Shown piece after piece: positions 39,751-52,244 of a DNA stretch of 64,000 nt. How positions within the stretch are numbered: position 1 is the first letter of the stretch; each line of letters starts with the position of its first letter. Both the position numbers and the translations under genes were made by a program. The notes beneath the pieces were generated by a model. That model had not been told where the DNA came from, made no database searches, and saw only the letters and a list, made by a program, of their open reading frames with translations. This DNA is from Chlorokybus atmophyticus (taxonomy: Eukaryota; Plantae; Mesostigma and Chlorokybus algae), in the NCBI GenBank assembly GCA_009103225.1, contig RHPI01000401.1:184300-248299 (forward strand), given 5' to 3'.

Positions 39751-39755
39751 TTTTT
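39751..39755 (+). terminator. First T5 run after the tRNA, candidate Pol III terminator
   Basis: No run of 4 or more T occurs between 39551 and 39750; TTTTT at 39751. Confidence 0.55.
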
Positions 39756-41342
39756 GCCGACATCGCTATTGTTTCGGCCTACGGGCTTGGCTGTATTGTG
39801 TTGTGGCAAATGACGCCTAGGGTAATCCTAACCCTACTGCTGGTAGGCTACCAGTTAACTTGTCTATTCGTATACCCATATGTCAAATATAAATAAGACA
39901 TGAGCGAGAACTATCAAATGCATGTATGCGCATAACGCAATGCGCATGTGCATTGCGATGCACTCGTTATATATAAGCTTGATCATGAGTAGTTGCAAAA
40001 TTATATCATAAAGCGTTAAGACATGACTTTTTGATCATTATGTGATCGATTGATCAACACAAAGCATGTTTGCCTTGAAGTTGGTATGTTTGCTGATATT
40101 ATATTGTCACGCAAACAAGCAAGCAACGTTTTTGATTGCTTTATTGTTTTATTATTAAATTCAAATATAATTGCTATATCCCACCTCTACCTATCGCACT
40201 ACGCACAAACAATCAATTACGCTGAAAAGCGTAAGCGTATACTTGAGACATGCGCATGCCGCTATGTTTATACATATGGCACTTCTTAAGTTGTTGAATC
40301 CTTTATGTCTCACCGAACAGTACATAGCAACTCTTTGTGAGATAATTTTACTGTTTCGACTACCAACGCTGACCAGATTTTCAACACGTAACACGTGATG
40401 AATTTCGTAAGCATCATGTGTAGCATCATTATACAGCTTGTGTGTTGCATATATAAGATATACTATCACACTTACCACCTTACTTCCTGGTGGGTGTCAA
40501 TAGCTTCATGCATAGACACAACAACTTCTGATGACGATTGATATCTCAATTAATCCTCTAGTGTTCACGTTGCAACAAGAGTGGAAGTAGAGCCTCTTCA
40601 ACTTTCCGCAAGCCACCCCACACACAAGGGGTTCTTATTATTTTTAGGATGTTCGCCATGATTAAATAGGTAGTACTTCTTTTATCTTTTAGCAAACCGC
40701 TTTCCGCAGCAGATTATACGCAACGGTTGTTGACTAGGTTTGATATGACAAACAATTGTGTCATTCCAATCTCACATAACATATCATAGCTCAATAGCTT
40801 AATGACTTTATATTGTTGATACTCTTTTAGTTGTTGATGAACTGCATTTTTAAAATGAAGACACGCATGTTTCATGCAACCGTTGTTTGCAAGTCTTCAG
40901 CAACCGATAATTGATTGCGCCTTATAGGTGCAGTATAAACACATCACTTTTTTACCCAACGCTGCACTCGGTCCTCAGACACATTGTACTCGAGCACCCG
41001 CATGTGCTTTATCGTATCCATACGAGAATACATAATAACAACTTAATACAATTCGAGTCGTGCAACTATATGACTCTAATGCAACATATTGCTACATTCT
41101 TGTGCATATGCATGCAATGTGTCAACATGCTTGCATTCACCCCAGCTTTGAAGGTCACCCATGGCATGAGTAATTATAGGAATGGTGTCGTCAATTGCAG
41201 TACAGCTGTCACAACGGTGACCCTCGACACCCACTTCTCTCTCACACTGCATAATGCACCAGAGATTGTCCTGTTGGAGCCCAAACTCAACCCGCTTTTA
41301 AACTGCCAGCAACACGCTCCGCCAACCGGGACCTAGACCCTA

Positions 41343-44300
41343 TGTTGGCGGGTCGCGCAAACAGCCAACTCCCAGCGATGGCCTCGACCACTTTCAACGC
41401 AGTCCCCATGGCGGCCGGCCGTGTTGACAGCCTACCAGGCGAAGCTCGCAGCAAGCGTCGGCAGTGAGTTGCAAGTAGACGGACTGGAGCAGATGTGGCG
41501 GTGGCACCGCCCGAGTCTAACCACGTTAGCCCACCTTGGAGCCAATGAGCGCCCGTGGCTCAGAAAAGCCAAGCCCCGCACTACAAGTAGATCAGTGATA
41601 GTTGTATACGTGCTGTGAGTGGATCGACTATTCCGACAAATGGTTGTTTACCCTCGGACTTGCCTTTGCTCGTACATTTGTAAGTGTACACTCTTTGCTC
41701 TCATGCTTGTGGCCATCGCATTTGCAACCTGCACACTGCATCAGTCTTACACTACTGTAGTGCTTGCTCGCATCTCACTCAGTGTTCATGTGTGATCGTG
41801 CTTGCTCGCACTTGCACACTTGGTGCTTGTAGTGTGTGATCTCGTCTCACTTAGCTACACATCCCCTCACACGTACACTGCACAACTGCTTTGTGCATAT
41901 TCGCAGCGTTATGACTCAAAAGCTTGCTGACTTGCAACTCACTCCACAGCGCTTAGTCAGTGCTTTGGTTGTGTGCACTCGCCTTTGCCTTGTTTGCGCG
42001 CGGTGTGCATGCCTCACAACAGTCTAGGTTTCAATTGGGGAGCACGCAAAGCAACGTCGTTCAAAGGCTTGAGGCGGGCTGAGTCTGCTACATTTCTAGC
42101 AGATGTCGCCCCAGATTCTTCTTTCTCTCCAAAAGCTGACGCAGGGTGTCGATAACCCACACAGGGCGCCCTACGCGCTGACTGTGGCGCCAAGGGTGGT
42201 CTTGCGTCCTGCACGGAAGACCACTCCCTCTCAGACAGAGGTTACGAACACTAGAAGCAGTGTGTCAGGTACTACTACCACCACCACTGCGCCCTTTATT
42301 GCACCAACGGTGCTGGCCGAGACACTTGCGGATTACGCTATAAGGTGCAAAGCAACTGTTACCACCTACGCCCTAGTATTGACGACGGCTGTTAACACCA
42401 CCGCCCCTCCAGCAGCACGTTAGCCACTAGTTGCTAAACACCTGTCTGCTATAGCATCACCGATGTAACCATGAGAAGATCTCATCACGCATTTGAACCA
42501 TCGCTTCGGGCCTACACAGCCGAGAAGGCACATGAGCTCATTCAGCTTAGACAGAAGCACAGAGAAACTCCCGTGCGATTCTACAAGCGTGCTGTCAGGC
42601 TGGTCGACGAGACCACCTTGGGCGGAATGCCCCCTATCGATGTCCAGCACTTGGCCATCGTGTATGTGGAGAATCTCGAGGAGAACTTCCGCAAGAACGT
42701 GAAGACTGATTGGCCGGCACACCCGGCTACGCTTACTTTGGCAAGCATACACCAGCACCATACATTGGCAAGAAGAGATAGTGCAGGAGCAAGCAGCCTT
42801 GGAGATAAGTGGCCTGGCACACCAGAGCAGCAGCACCATTTCAGCCGCGACCTTTGCCAGCCCAGGAACTCTTGCGCTGCCCACGCCGTCATACACATGG
42901 AAGACAACCCCCACCTGACCTGTCACAAGTGCAGCAAGGAAGGTCACTTCATCAGACAGAGCCCAATGCAACGAGCTAAACACCACTGCAACCAATGTGG
43001 CATGGACGGGCACCTGGAAGTGGTGTGCTACACGCTGCATCTTGAGCTTAGGAAAGCTCTAAAAACAAATCCCTCATCGGCTAGTGCTGGTGCCAACAAT
43101 GGCAACAACATCGAAAACGGCTACCAAAACAGCAATGACAAGTGGGGAAAGGGGAAGGAGAAGGCGACCCAAGTTTGCAACAATAAGCATAAAAGCAAAG
43201 CTGTTGAGGTGGCCTCCGTTGCCCGGGGGTTGCCCGACTTGCAAAACGAGAAGGACATTCTCCTTGCTCAGATCGAGGAGCCTCCCATTGGCAAGGATGA
43301 ACTCGATGATCTTTTCAATTTTAAAAATCACAGCTGCTTGCTTTGCTCAGTCATGGAGGTTTATGAAAACCACCTCCCGATGCGGCCGTGGAACAACCCC
43401 ACCGCGTGACCAATCACGGTCACCTCCTGCTGAGCAACAACGAGACGGATCACCAGCGGTAAATTCAGCAGCTCCCTCACCACCATGGCGAGCAGAGTTG
43501 CTGCAACAAGGCGTAGTGGACAATGCACATCGCTGGGCACTCATGCGGGCACGGTGGCAAGTGTGAACAAGAGTGTACAGGCTAACCTCTGGATGCATGG
43601 CTAAGCAATCACCCGAGCTGCCTTGGACTTATGAACAGCTGCCTGGCCACACGCTCACCTTTGCGCTCGAGTTGGCGCGTGCCTACTTTAACATTTCCCT
43701 CGCCCCAGCAGAGGAAGCGTCGCTTCGAACCTGGATCACCGTTCACCTGACCTTACTGGTGCGATGTGATCGCGAAAGAACGACCGCCTGCGAACACTAC
43801 TACAATCCTCTTGTACGCAATCTCTTAGGGCAGATGCCCAACCACCTGCCTCCCTTCACCAGCCAACGCACTCAACTGGATGCTCTCTCTGACCGACAAT
43901 ACGGAACTTGGACAGCGGACTGCGCCCAAAATAAACCGGTCACGAAGGCTAATGCAGCTTCGGCTGGCACTAGCATGGTCGAGCACCACATGGCCTTCCA
44001 CCTCTCCATTACTAAAACCGTTGCGACCACTTCATCTCAGCATTAGATACCTCGCCCTCACTCAGAAGGAGGTCGTTGCATAGTGTCGGTGGGAAGCCAC
44101 CGTCGCTCGCTATAAAGAGCTCTGGCCGACTTCGCTTGGAGAGCACCGCCGCGATGCTGCTGGTTACCGAGTGCCTGACGCTAACATGCGTAATCGGAGG
44201 TTTTGTCGCCGGCTGCAGCACCAACTCCATGAAGCCCCTTGGCTAAACGTGTGGCCTTCGCCCGAGAACGTGGAGCGCTGGACACTTTGGGTACTAGCAA

Positions 44301-45835
44301 TCCAACGTGACCTTTCCTTTGAAGGGACTGGGACGCCGTCTTGCCTGACAACGATGAGGCTGGGCTCACGTATCTTGACAATGCACGTATACCGGAACCG
44401 GCGCAACAAGTCCACCTCATTTTTGAAGGTGCTCCGCTCACCGCTTTGCTGCAACGACGGCTCGACCACCTTACAGACGCAAAGGATCGAACCATCCGAG
44501 AAGTGCTCGAGGGTATACATGTTCGGCAGAACCGAACGTACGAACCCCTAAGACGTCTTCACAGGCTAGCGCAGCATTGGCTCATTACATTAGCCAACCG
44601 TGGGACGCTGGTATACGAGCTCATGGTTAGCTAACTACTAAACGTTCGACCACGCATGGACTTCACCACCGCTGAAGCAGGATCCGAACCCTCGTGCACA
44701 GGCGCGTGCCACGGACCAACACCCTGCAGCGCTGTTGCCACCTTCTCCACCTCGACCCCCCATGGTGGTCACCAACATATCCCTACCAAATGACGCCACG
44801 CGGCTTCAGCAAGTTGTAGGTAACACGCCCACCAACGCCACTGAGCTCAACGCCTACGTGCAACAGATGCGTCACCTAGAGGCCGTGTGACGCGCTGTCT
44901 ATGACGGCACAACCACCCCTTTGCACTATGCGCGCGAGCGCGCTCGCTCTCGCGCTGGCATCATGCTCCATCGTTCGAGTCAACTACAAGGTGGCCACCC
45001 CAAGCGCTTCCATGGTGAAGCCTCTTAAGTGGCAGCACCTGAGCGCGGCTTTGCACACGAGGCCGCACGTCCATCCACTGCTGAACAAGCCACTCCAGCA
45101 TATAGCGCCGATGCCGCGCAAAACCGGCAATCAACCATGGCTTACTTGCCCGATGAGAGCCCTGTAACGCGACAAGAGGAGGACTTTCATGAGGCACTCT
45201 TGCTCGCTACCTAAGTTGCGCATCGCCGGCAACATGAGGCCACAGCCATCCGACTGTGTCGCCGCTGCTTTCACCTGGTCCACATAAAAGCGCCGTCTTC
45301 AGCGCGAGCTCTGGCTGTCCCGGCAGAGCTAGCTACTGCAAGGTGCTGCTCCTCGCACCGTTCAAGAGCGCGACGATCAGCGCACGCTTCTTGGCACGCT
45401 CACTCCTCGCATGGGAAATACAATACAGGGATCATCAGCACACCGAGACTGCATCCCCTCCGCATAAAGTTGTCCACAAGGGCAACACCACTTGCCGCAC
45501 GACCCCGGCCATTTTTGAGTACGACGCCCAAGCAAACCGATCAAAATCTCATGGAAGTCCGCACTCGTCTTTCCGATCTTCACGGGCAATTGGCCCATCG
45601 GGAGGGACCTTGAACAACTTGGTAGCGCTGGGCCGCAGTACCCTACAAATTGAACTGCGGGATCTCCTTCTCTGGCTCGCTACCCGCAACCACTCTCTTA
45701 ACCCACAACTAATTATCAGCCCCGCCTCTTACATCAATGACCTCGTGATTGTCAGGCTACCTCTCCTTCTGAACAAAGCCGAAAGCTGAACTACTGAGAG
45801 GCTCTACCCCCCACCATAGAAGCCTACGCACGTAC
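41343..45835 (+). mobile_element. 5' half of an old degenerate Ty3/gypsy-like element (LTR, gag, possible protease)
   Basis: LTR-like segment TGTTGG...CCGACA at 41343-41638 followed by AA-TGG PBS-like sequence; gag remnant with two CCHC-type knuckles (CHKCSKEGH, CNQCGMDGHLEVVC) at ~42920-43030; weak protease-end similarity (DLLLWLATRN) near 45660. Confidence 0.6.
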
Positions 45836-46049
45836 CACTGCTACACAGCGGCACATCGCGGACCAATTTTGCCTCTTCCATTGACAGAGTAGACGCAATG
45901 ATTACCATCTGCGCAATGCTTCGCGGCAGCATGTGAACAGCATGTTAAAGATCTCTCCACGGTTCACTTGTCATTGCAATGTTGCCACCAGGGCCTCATT
46001 GTGTTGAAACTGTTCGATGGCGTTCACAAACACATGGCGCCTGCAGTGC

Positions 46050-46460
46050 GTGCCGTTCACGGCACAAGCAGTCAACTTCTTCGGCGCAGACGGCACAACC
46101 AGGCTGTGCCGTCGGGACTTCCTGGTAAAAAAAGCCGTCCGCGGTCGGTACGCAGACTGCAGTCTTGTGCCGGCGTCGGCGCCTTTGCTCCCTTGTGCCA
46201 TTGACGGCACAAGACAGTCCAAGCTGAAGTCGGCACAACAGAGCTGGTGCCGTGATCGGTACAAGGTTCCACATCCCGATCACGGCACGAGACTAGCGAT
46301 CCGTTAACGGTTCGTCAATCATTGTGCCGCTACCGGTGCAGAAAACTTATGCCGAGAGCGGCACAGTAGACTTGTACCGTAGCAAAGCAGCAGCCTTCTC
46401 TCCTCCTGCGCTGTAACCGGCAGCGGATTACATCAGTGGCTTGTGCCGAGAACGGCACAA
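46050..46460. repeat. Left subterminal cluster of TGTGCCG/CGGCACA motifs
   Basis: More than 10 copies in both orientations, e.g. TGTGCCGAGAACGGCACAA at ~46442. Confidence 0.8.
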
Positions 46461-47189
46461 CACCCTCGTACCGACCAGCAGCCTTGGAGCTGAGCTGAGC
46501 TGGGTCGGAGCGGATGCTGAGCTGCATGCTTGGAGGAAGAGAAGGAGGCGGCGGCGCAGCTGCTGCTGCTGGTTTACTTGGAGAAGCCAGTGGCGTGAGC
46601 TACTGCTGCTGCTGCTGAGCTGCTTATGAGAAGAAGCTGCTTCTGCCAAGAAGCAGATCTGGCAAAAATTGCACATCAGCTGGAGCTGGAGCTGAGCTGC
46701 GGCAGGTTGGATGAAGCTGTCTGGATTCGTGGGTTCTCGAGAACAGTGAACTGAGCTGCTGCTGCGGAGCGGAGCTATTGCTGCTGCAAAGCGAAAGTGC
46801 TGCTCCTGCGGAGCAAAACTGCTGCTGCTGCGGAGCGGAGCTGCTGCTGCGGCGGAGCGGAGCTGCTGACAAGCTGCTGGGGAGAAGGAGTTATTTCTGC
46901 TCACGAGCTCTTGCTGGTAAGGCCTATGCTAGCTTGTTATTGTTGCTTGGTTTGCTCTGTCAGTGAGGCTTGGTCGAGAGTGTCTCCTTACAGTCTGTTA
47001 GCTTGCTGCTGGGCGTCTTGCATTCAGTCTCACTTGTTCAAGGTGAATGCTTGTAGTTGCTCCGTTTTCGTTTGCTAAATCCAAGATATCAGTTTCCGCT
47101 GCTGCCAATTATTAGCCCCCAAGTTGTCCGTCATATGCTGTCACTGTTAGCAGTATTCAAGTCCGACTTACACGCTATCATCTGCAGCC

Positions 47190-50100
47190 ATGGCAGGACG
47201 CATTGTTCAACAGTCTGCTGTTCTGCGCGAGCGTGAGCAGTTTGATGAAACGCTTGCACTAATCAAGCATGCTGGTGGGAAGCCACGCAAAGCCAGTGTA
47301 CGTGCTAAACGGTCACTGCTTAAAGAGATGAGGGCCGCCCAGCAAGCGCGTCCAACAAACATCAGCCCGCACCTCACTGAAGGAGGAGGTGACTGTTGAG
47401 ATCCGGACTAGCCCACTCGGCTAGCCTCGCGCGAGGCTTGCCGAGTGGGCTAGTCCGGATCTCAACAAAAGGTGCTGCCCTAGCGACCTGAGTTCAAGTC
47501 CCACCGGACGCACTGCAACATGGCAGTGAGAGAGAGCCCGATTTTTGGCACTGCTCCATAATTCGGCGCGGCAAGTGAAGCCGCCGCAGTAGCTCGCGCG
47601 CTCGTTGTAAGACAGCCAGGGACGGAGGCTACCGCGCGCCAAGCACGCCTAGGGACAGGCCGCTGCTTGACGCGGGGGGAGGTGAATTGAACAATAAAAG
47701 GCCTTAAAACGGCCGGGTCGCAGGGCCCCACCTTTTGTTGAGATCCGGACTAGCCCACTCGGCAAGCCTCGCGCGAGGCTAGCCGAGTGGGCTAGTCCGG
47801 ATCTCAACAGTGACTTGCAGCTGCCTGCACCTGCGTCTGCCTTGGAGCCCGAGCCTGCGCCTGAAGATCAACCACACCTGTCCAACCAGCAGACAGCAGA
47901 ACAATCTTCTCCAGAGATGCCGGACTTTGGAGCCGCCGAGCAAGCTGATCATTCTAGCAACCAACAGCCTGAGCCTGAGCAGCCTCCAACCTTCAGTCGC
48001 GACCTTTGCCTCTGCTCCAAGTGCAAAGGCTTGGTAAGTTGCTTCGCTTGGCCTGCGCTGATGAACAAGTGACCATGCATGCACGTTGCTTACACACCCT
48101 TACTGTGTCGCAGATCATGCAGCCGCGCTTGGTCATCAATGCGCACTTAGCCAAAGACGAGGCGGCCAGACGGCTGAGGAGCATTCCCACTGTGCAACCC
48201 ACTTTGGACAGCTTTGATGCAGACAAGTTGCCTGATCTGCAGCAGACGTCTACAACTTACCTGGACAAGATAATCGAGATCTCATCCATCCTAGACGAAG
48301 CTGGAGTCTCGCAGGACTGCTTCAACAAACTGCTCCCTGTCCTCTTTAAAGGCGAAAGCTCCCTGATGGCTTTGGCTAAGAAGGGATTGTTCGATGAGAA
48401 GAGCGAAGGCTTCAAGCTGCCTACTACTTGCAAGAGCCTGATTGGCATGTTTGAGCGCATGGGGATGCCTTCAACACTGCATTATTCTGTCTGTGCCTGC
48501 GGCCACCTGTTCGACAAGCCCTATCCAAATGCTGAGCTCGTTGTGCAAGACGAAGACTCGGTGCGCTCCAGCTACCGGCAGCGCGAGAAGGAGCGCAAGG
48601 CCATGGCAAAAGAACAGTGCCCAGACTGCAGTCAGAAACGCAAGGAAGGCACGAGTTTCTACTACCTCCCTCTCAGGTCAAGGTTGCAGCTTATGTTGGG
48701 CGTGCCAACCATCTGTCATCAATGGCTCCAGGCCTGGCTGCACCGGGAGCGGTGGCTTGACAAAGATCCAGCAATACCTCCTGCCAGTCAACATGAAGTC
48801 TGGGATGGAGCTCGTATGAGGGAGATCTCCGACTTCTTCAACCCCAAGAAGNACTGGCTGCCAGTCAGATGCGCGCCAACCATCTGTCATCAATGGCTCC
48901 AGGCCTGGCTGCACCGGGAGCGGTGGCTTGACAAAGATCCAGCAGTACCTCCCGGCAGTCAACATGAAGTCTGGGATGGAGCTCGTATGAGGGAGATCTC
49001 CGACTTCTTTAACCCCAAGAAGACCTACTGGCTGCCAGTCAGATGCGAGCACTGCCAGACAGTTCACAGACCAGGCCACCACTTCACTGAAGGCGACAGT
49101 GATGATGGGCCGCAGTGGAGGTTTCGGTGTCGCACCTGCGAGCAGGTCACCTGTCCTTTCAAGCATATGGCCTGCGGTGACCCGAGGAACCTCATCTTCA
49201 TTGGCCACTGGGACGGCTTCACCACAGCCAGCACCAGCCCCCGCAACACGCTGATGATCAACGTGGCCATCTTGAACGGAGGCAAGTTGTTGAGCGCGCA
49301 GACGTCTTCGCTTCTTCCTGTGGGTTTTGTGCCCAAAGATCAGCTTCCTAAGGGGGTTGACAACATGGACCCCTTTCTGAAGCCACCTATAGACGAGCTC
49401 GAATCACTGCTGCTTGAGGGCTTCACCTGCAATTATGCCCTCCCCACCTCTAAAGTTTGCCCTGACCTGCAGTCTCAAGCAGCCGGTGCTACCACGCGCT
49501 TGCGAGCGATGCTGCTCATCTAGGCTGGTGATCACCCAGCCCAGTGTCAGTTACTGAAGATGAAAGATGGTGGCATCTTGGGCTGCCGCAGATGCTGGTG
49601 TAAGGCCCAGCCCTACATGGAAGAAGCCCAAAGGCCTGTAAAGCGCAAGGCTGCTCCAGAGTCCGACGACGAGCAGGTGTCTGCTTGCAAGAAGGCTGTT
49701 TCCAAGTCCAGCAGCCAGGCAAAGTCTGCTAGCAGGAATAAGAAGCAGGCGGCTGAGAAGAAGAAGAAGAAGAAGAAGCAACCTGCCAGCAAGAAGCGTG
49801 CTGCTGCATCAACCAGCAATGGTCCAGCTGGTCCTAGCAACTCCCAAGCAGTGGAGCTCAACACCTACCAGAAGAAGGTCTACCGCTACGATCAGAACTT
49901 CATGCACTCAAGACATCCATGGCCCGAGAGAGAAGAACAGGAGACTCTGACCAACATTGATAAGCTGGAGACTGCTGCTACCCCTGCTATTGGAACACAA
50001 GTCAGCATGGAGACAGGTGTCACAGGCAGGAGCCAACTGTGGCGCCTCTACCATGCCTATGGCTTCAGCCCACTCAAGGACGTGGTGTACGACGTCATGC

Positions 50101-51970
50101 ACACCTTGTGTGAAGGTCTAGTGAAGGGCCTCTGCCATGCAGTTTTTGCAAAGGGAGCGCACGAAAGGGTGGTGGATGTTCCCTTGGTGGAGGCCAGGCT
50201 TAAGGACTTCACTGCAGCCTTGATCAAGGAAATGCGATCCGGGCGCTCTCCAAAGGGGATTACAGACAGGCTGGGCTGGTGGAAGGCAGAAGACTACCAG
50301 AAGTTTATGCAGGACTTTGCACCTTACGTGACAACGGGCTTGCTGACTTCGCACATGCGCGACGTCTTCATGTCCTTACACAAGCTCATCTGCCTGTTCT
50401 ATCGCCACTCCCGCTTCAATGGCTGGACCGAAGACACCCTCAGACTGGCAGACAGCTTACTGCGTTACTGGCGTATCAACTCAGAAGAATGCTTTGGCCA
50501 CAACTTGAGACCTCTAGAGCATGCTGCTGGAGCAGGTCATCTGCTGGACGATATCTTCCGCCACGGCAGCCATGATGTGTACTGGTGCTACGTCTTCGAG
50601 CGCGCTGTCTCAGATCACTTGGAGACCAGCACCAACAACAAAGAGTATGAGTTCAGCTACATACATCGACACGTACGCTTGTGGTACGAGCGGCTGCTTA
50701 CTGTCTTGCGCGAAGACCAGCGCACGGGCATGGTCTTTGCAACACGCGTTCAGCTGCAGTTGCGGTCTCATCGCGTGTCCAGCGGTGTTGGAGGTTTCTG
50801 GTACGAAGCACCCAGTCAAAGCAAGGCTTTGGAACTCTGGAAGAAGGCTGAGACGTGTCCACACCGGTCTGAGTCACAAGACATTCTTGCTCGAGGCATA
50901 CTTATTGGCCAGCTGCCAGGTCAACCCACACCACTAAGCTCAGCGGTTTGAGATGGTCAGCAGGCACATCAGAGCAGATGCTAGGCATCTCGTGCAGAAT
51001 ACGGCTTACCACTACAAGGCTGTGCTGCTTAATGGGGAGATTCACAGGTTAGATTGCTTGCTATTGTTGTCCTCACACGTGCTGTTGTGCTTGCTGTCTG
51101 ACTGCTACCAAGCTTTGTGTTCTACTGTGCAGAACAGAGTCGCCCCTAGGCATTGATAACGTTGTAACAGACGACCACAGTTACATTGCTGTGAAGCAAG
51201 TATTTGTGCATATCTACAAGAAGAAGCCTCAAGTCTTCATTGCTGGTCGCCAATACGTCATGTACACAGACACAGCTGGTGCCTTGTACCGTGACCTTGA
51301 CACAAAGTCGGCCCTGGTGAAGGCTTTGAGCTCCGACGAAGTATGTATTCCAGCTGACAAACTTCTGCGAAAGTTCATGCTGCTGCCCAGTCGGCAGACC
51401 AAAGCTGGTTCCAAGGCTGACAGAGCTCCGCAACTAGCATATGATCTGCAGAACCCTGACCTGCATGTCAAGGCCGGCGATGTTGATGTCCCCATCTGGC
51501 CTAAAGTCGGCGAGGTGGTGCAAATACGCGATCAAGCCAAGTCCGTTTGGGACTTGAAGTTGCCCACAGAACCTGCCAACGAGTTCTGCATGGAGTTGCA
51601 GGAGCAACTCAACGACAGCAATGCACGCGCAACCCAGCAGCCACGTCGCAGTAAGAGAGCAAACACGCGCAAGGCACCTGCCGTGGATAAAGACTCACAA
51701 GAAGACGCCTGCGACGAGGATGATCCCGGACCTTGGTATGCTGTGGTTAGGAACATATCAGAGGAGGACAAGCAGGTTGAGGTCGATTACCTTACACGCA
51801 TCGCGCCCGGTGTCTGGAGGGTGAACGACAACCACACTGGCAAAGTTGTCGGGAGGCTTACCTTGTGCAAGCTCATGCATTGGGTCAAGCTTGATCATGA
51901 TACTTGGCGCGAGCAGGGCCGGTCCTACCCTCACATCAGCAAGTTTCGCAACTACCATGTGTACGCGTGA
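47190..51970 (+). pseudogene. CACTA transposase (TnpD / Transposase_21-like), spliced and disrupted
   Basis: CLCSKCKGL|IMQPRLVINAHL, HYSVCACGHLF, FYYLPLRSRLQLML, EVWDGARM, HWDGF, DPFLKPPIDELESL, LLI*AGDHPAQ, YDVMHTLCEG. Lesions: 416-bp insert, TAG at 49521-49523, +1 frameshift near 50950. Confidence 0.85.
47394..47809. mobile_element. 416-bp non-coding element with palindromic 74-bp terminal inverted repeats and a 5-bp TSD
   Basis: Repeats at 47394-47467 and 47736-47809 are exact reverse complements of each other and each is self-complementary; TSD GTGAC at 47389-47393 and 47810-47814; removing it restores the transposase frame (GGD/LQLP). Confidence 0.95.
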
Positions 51971-52244
51971 TTAAGGTGAGCTGTGCCTTGGCATGCAGTC
52001 TGGTATCAAGCAGAAAAGGGCTTGTATATATGTACAGCAGCATCACTGTAAGTCGCTCCTAAGCCACGCAATCTACACATAACTATCACCAAACTAGTGC
52101 GTGTTGCAGCGTGGAGGACCACCTCGTCGTCTCGTTGGAGGTTCAGCTTCTTGTCCGCCAGTGGACTCTGCTGAAGATCCATGCATGACCAGCAAGAAGC
52201 CCCTACCTCTACCTCTGTGCCCATGTCCACGTGGAGCAGAAGGC

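Noticed and set aside
37600-41300. Short ORFs in the low-GC region around the tRNA
   Set aside because: No recognisable domain, splice-consistent model or RNA fold apart from the tRNA; left unannotated.
46540-46900. GCT/GCGGAGC-rich low-complexity tract giving several ORFs
   Set aside because: Simple-sequence DNA upstream of the transposase; the ORFs are compositional artefacts.
47484-47505. B-box-like GTTCAAGTC inside the palindromic element
   Set aside because: There is no matching A-box or cloverleaf, so a SINE or tRNA origin is not supported.
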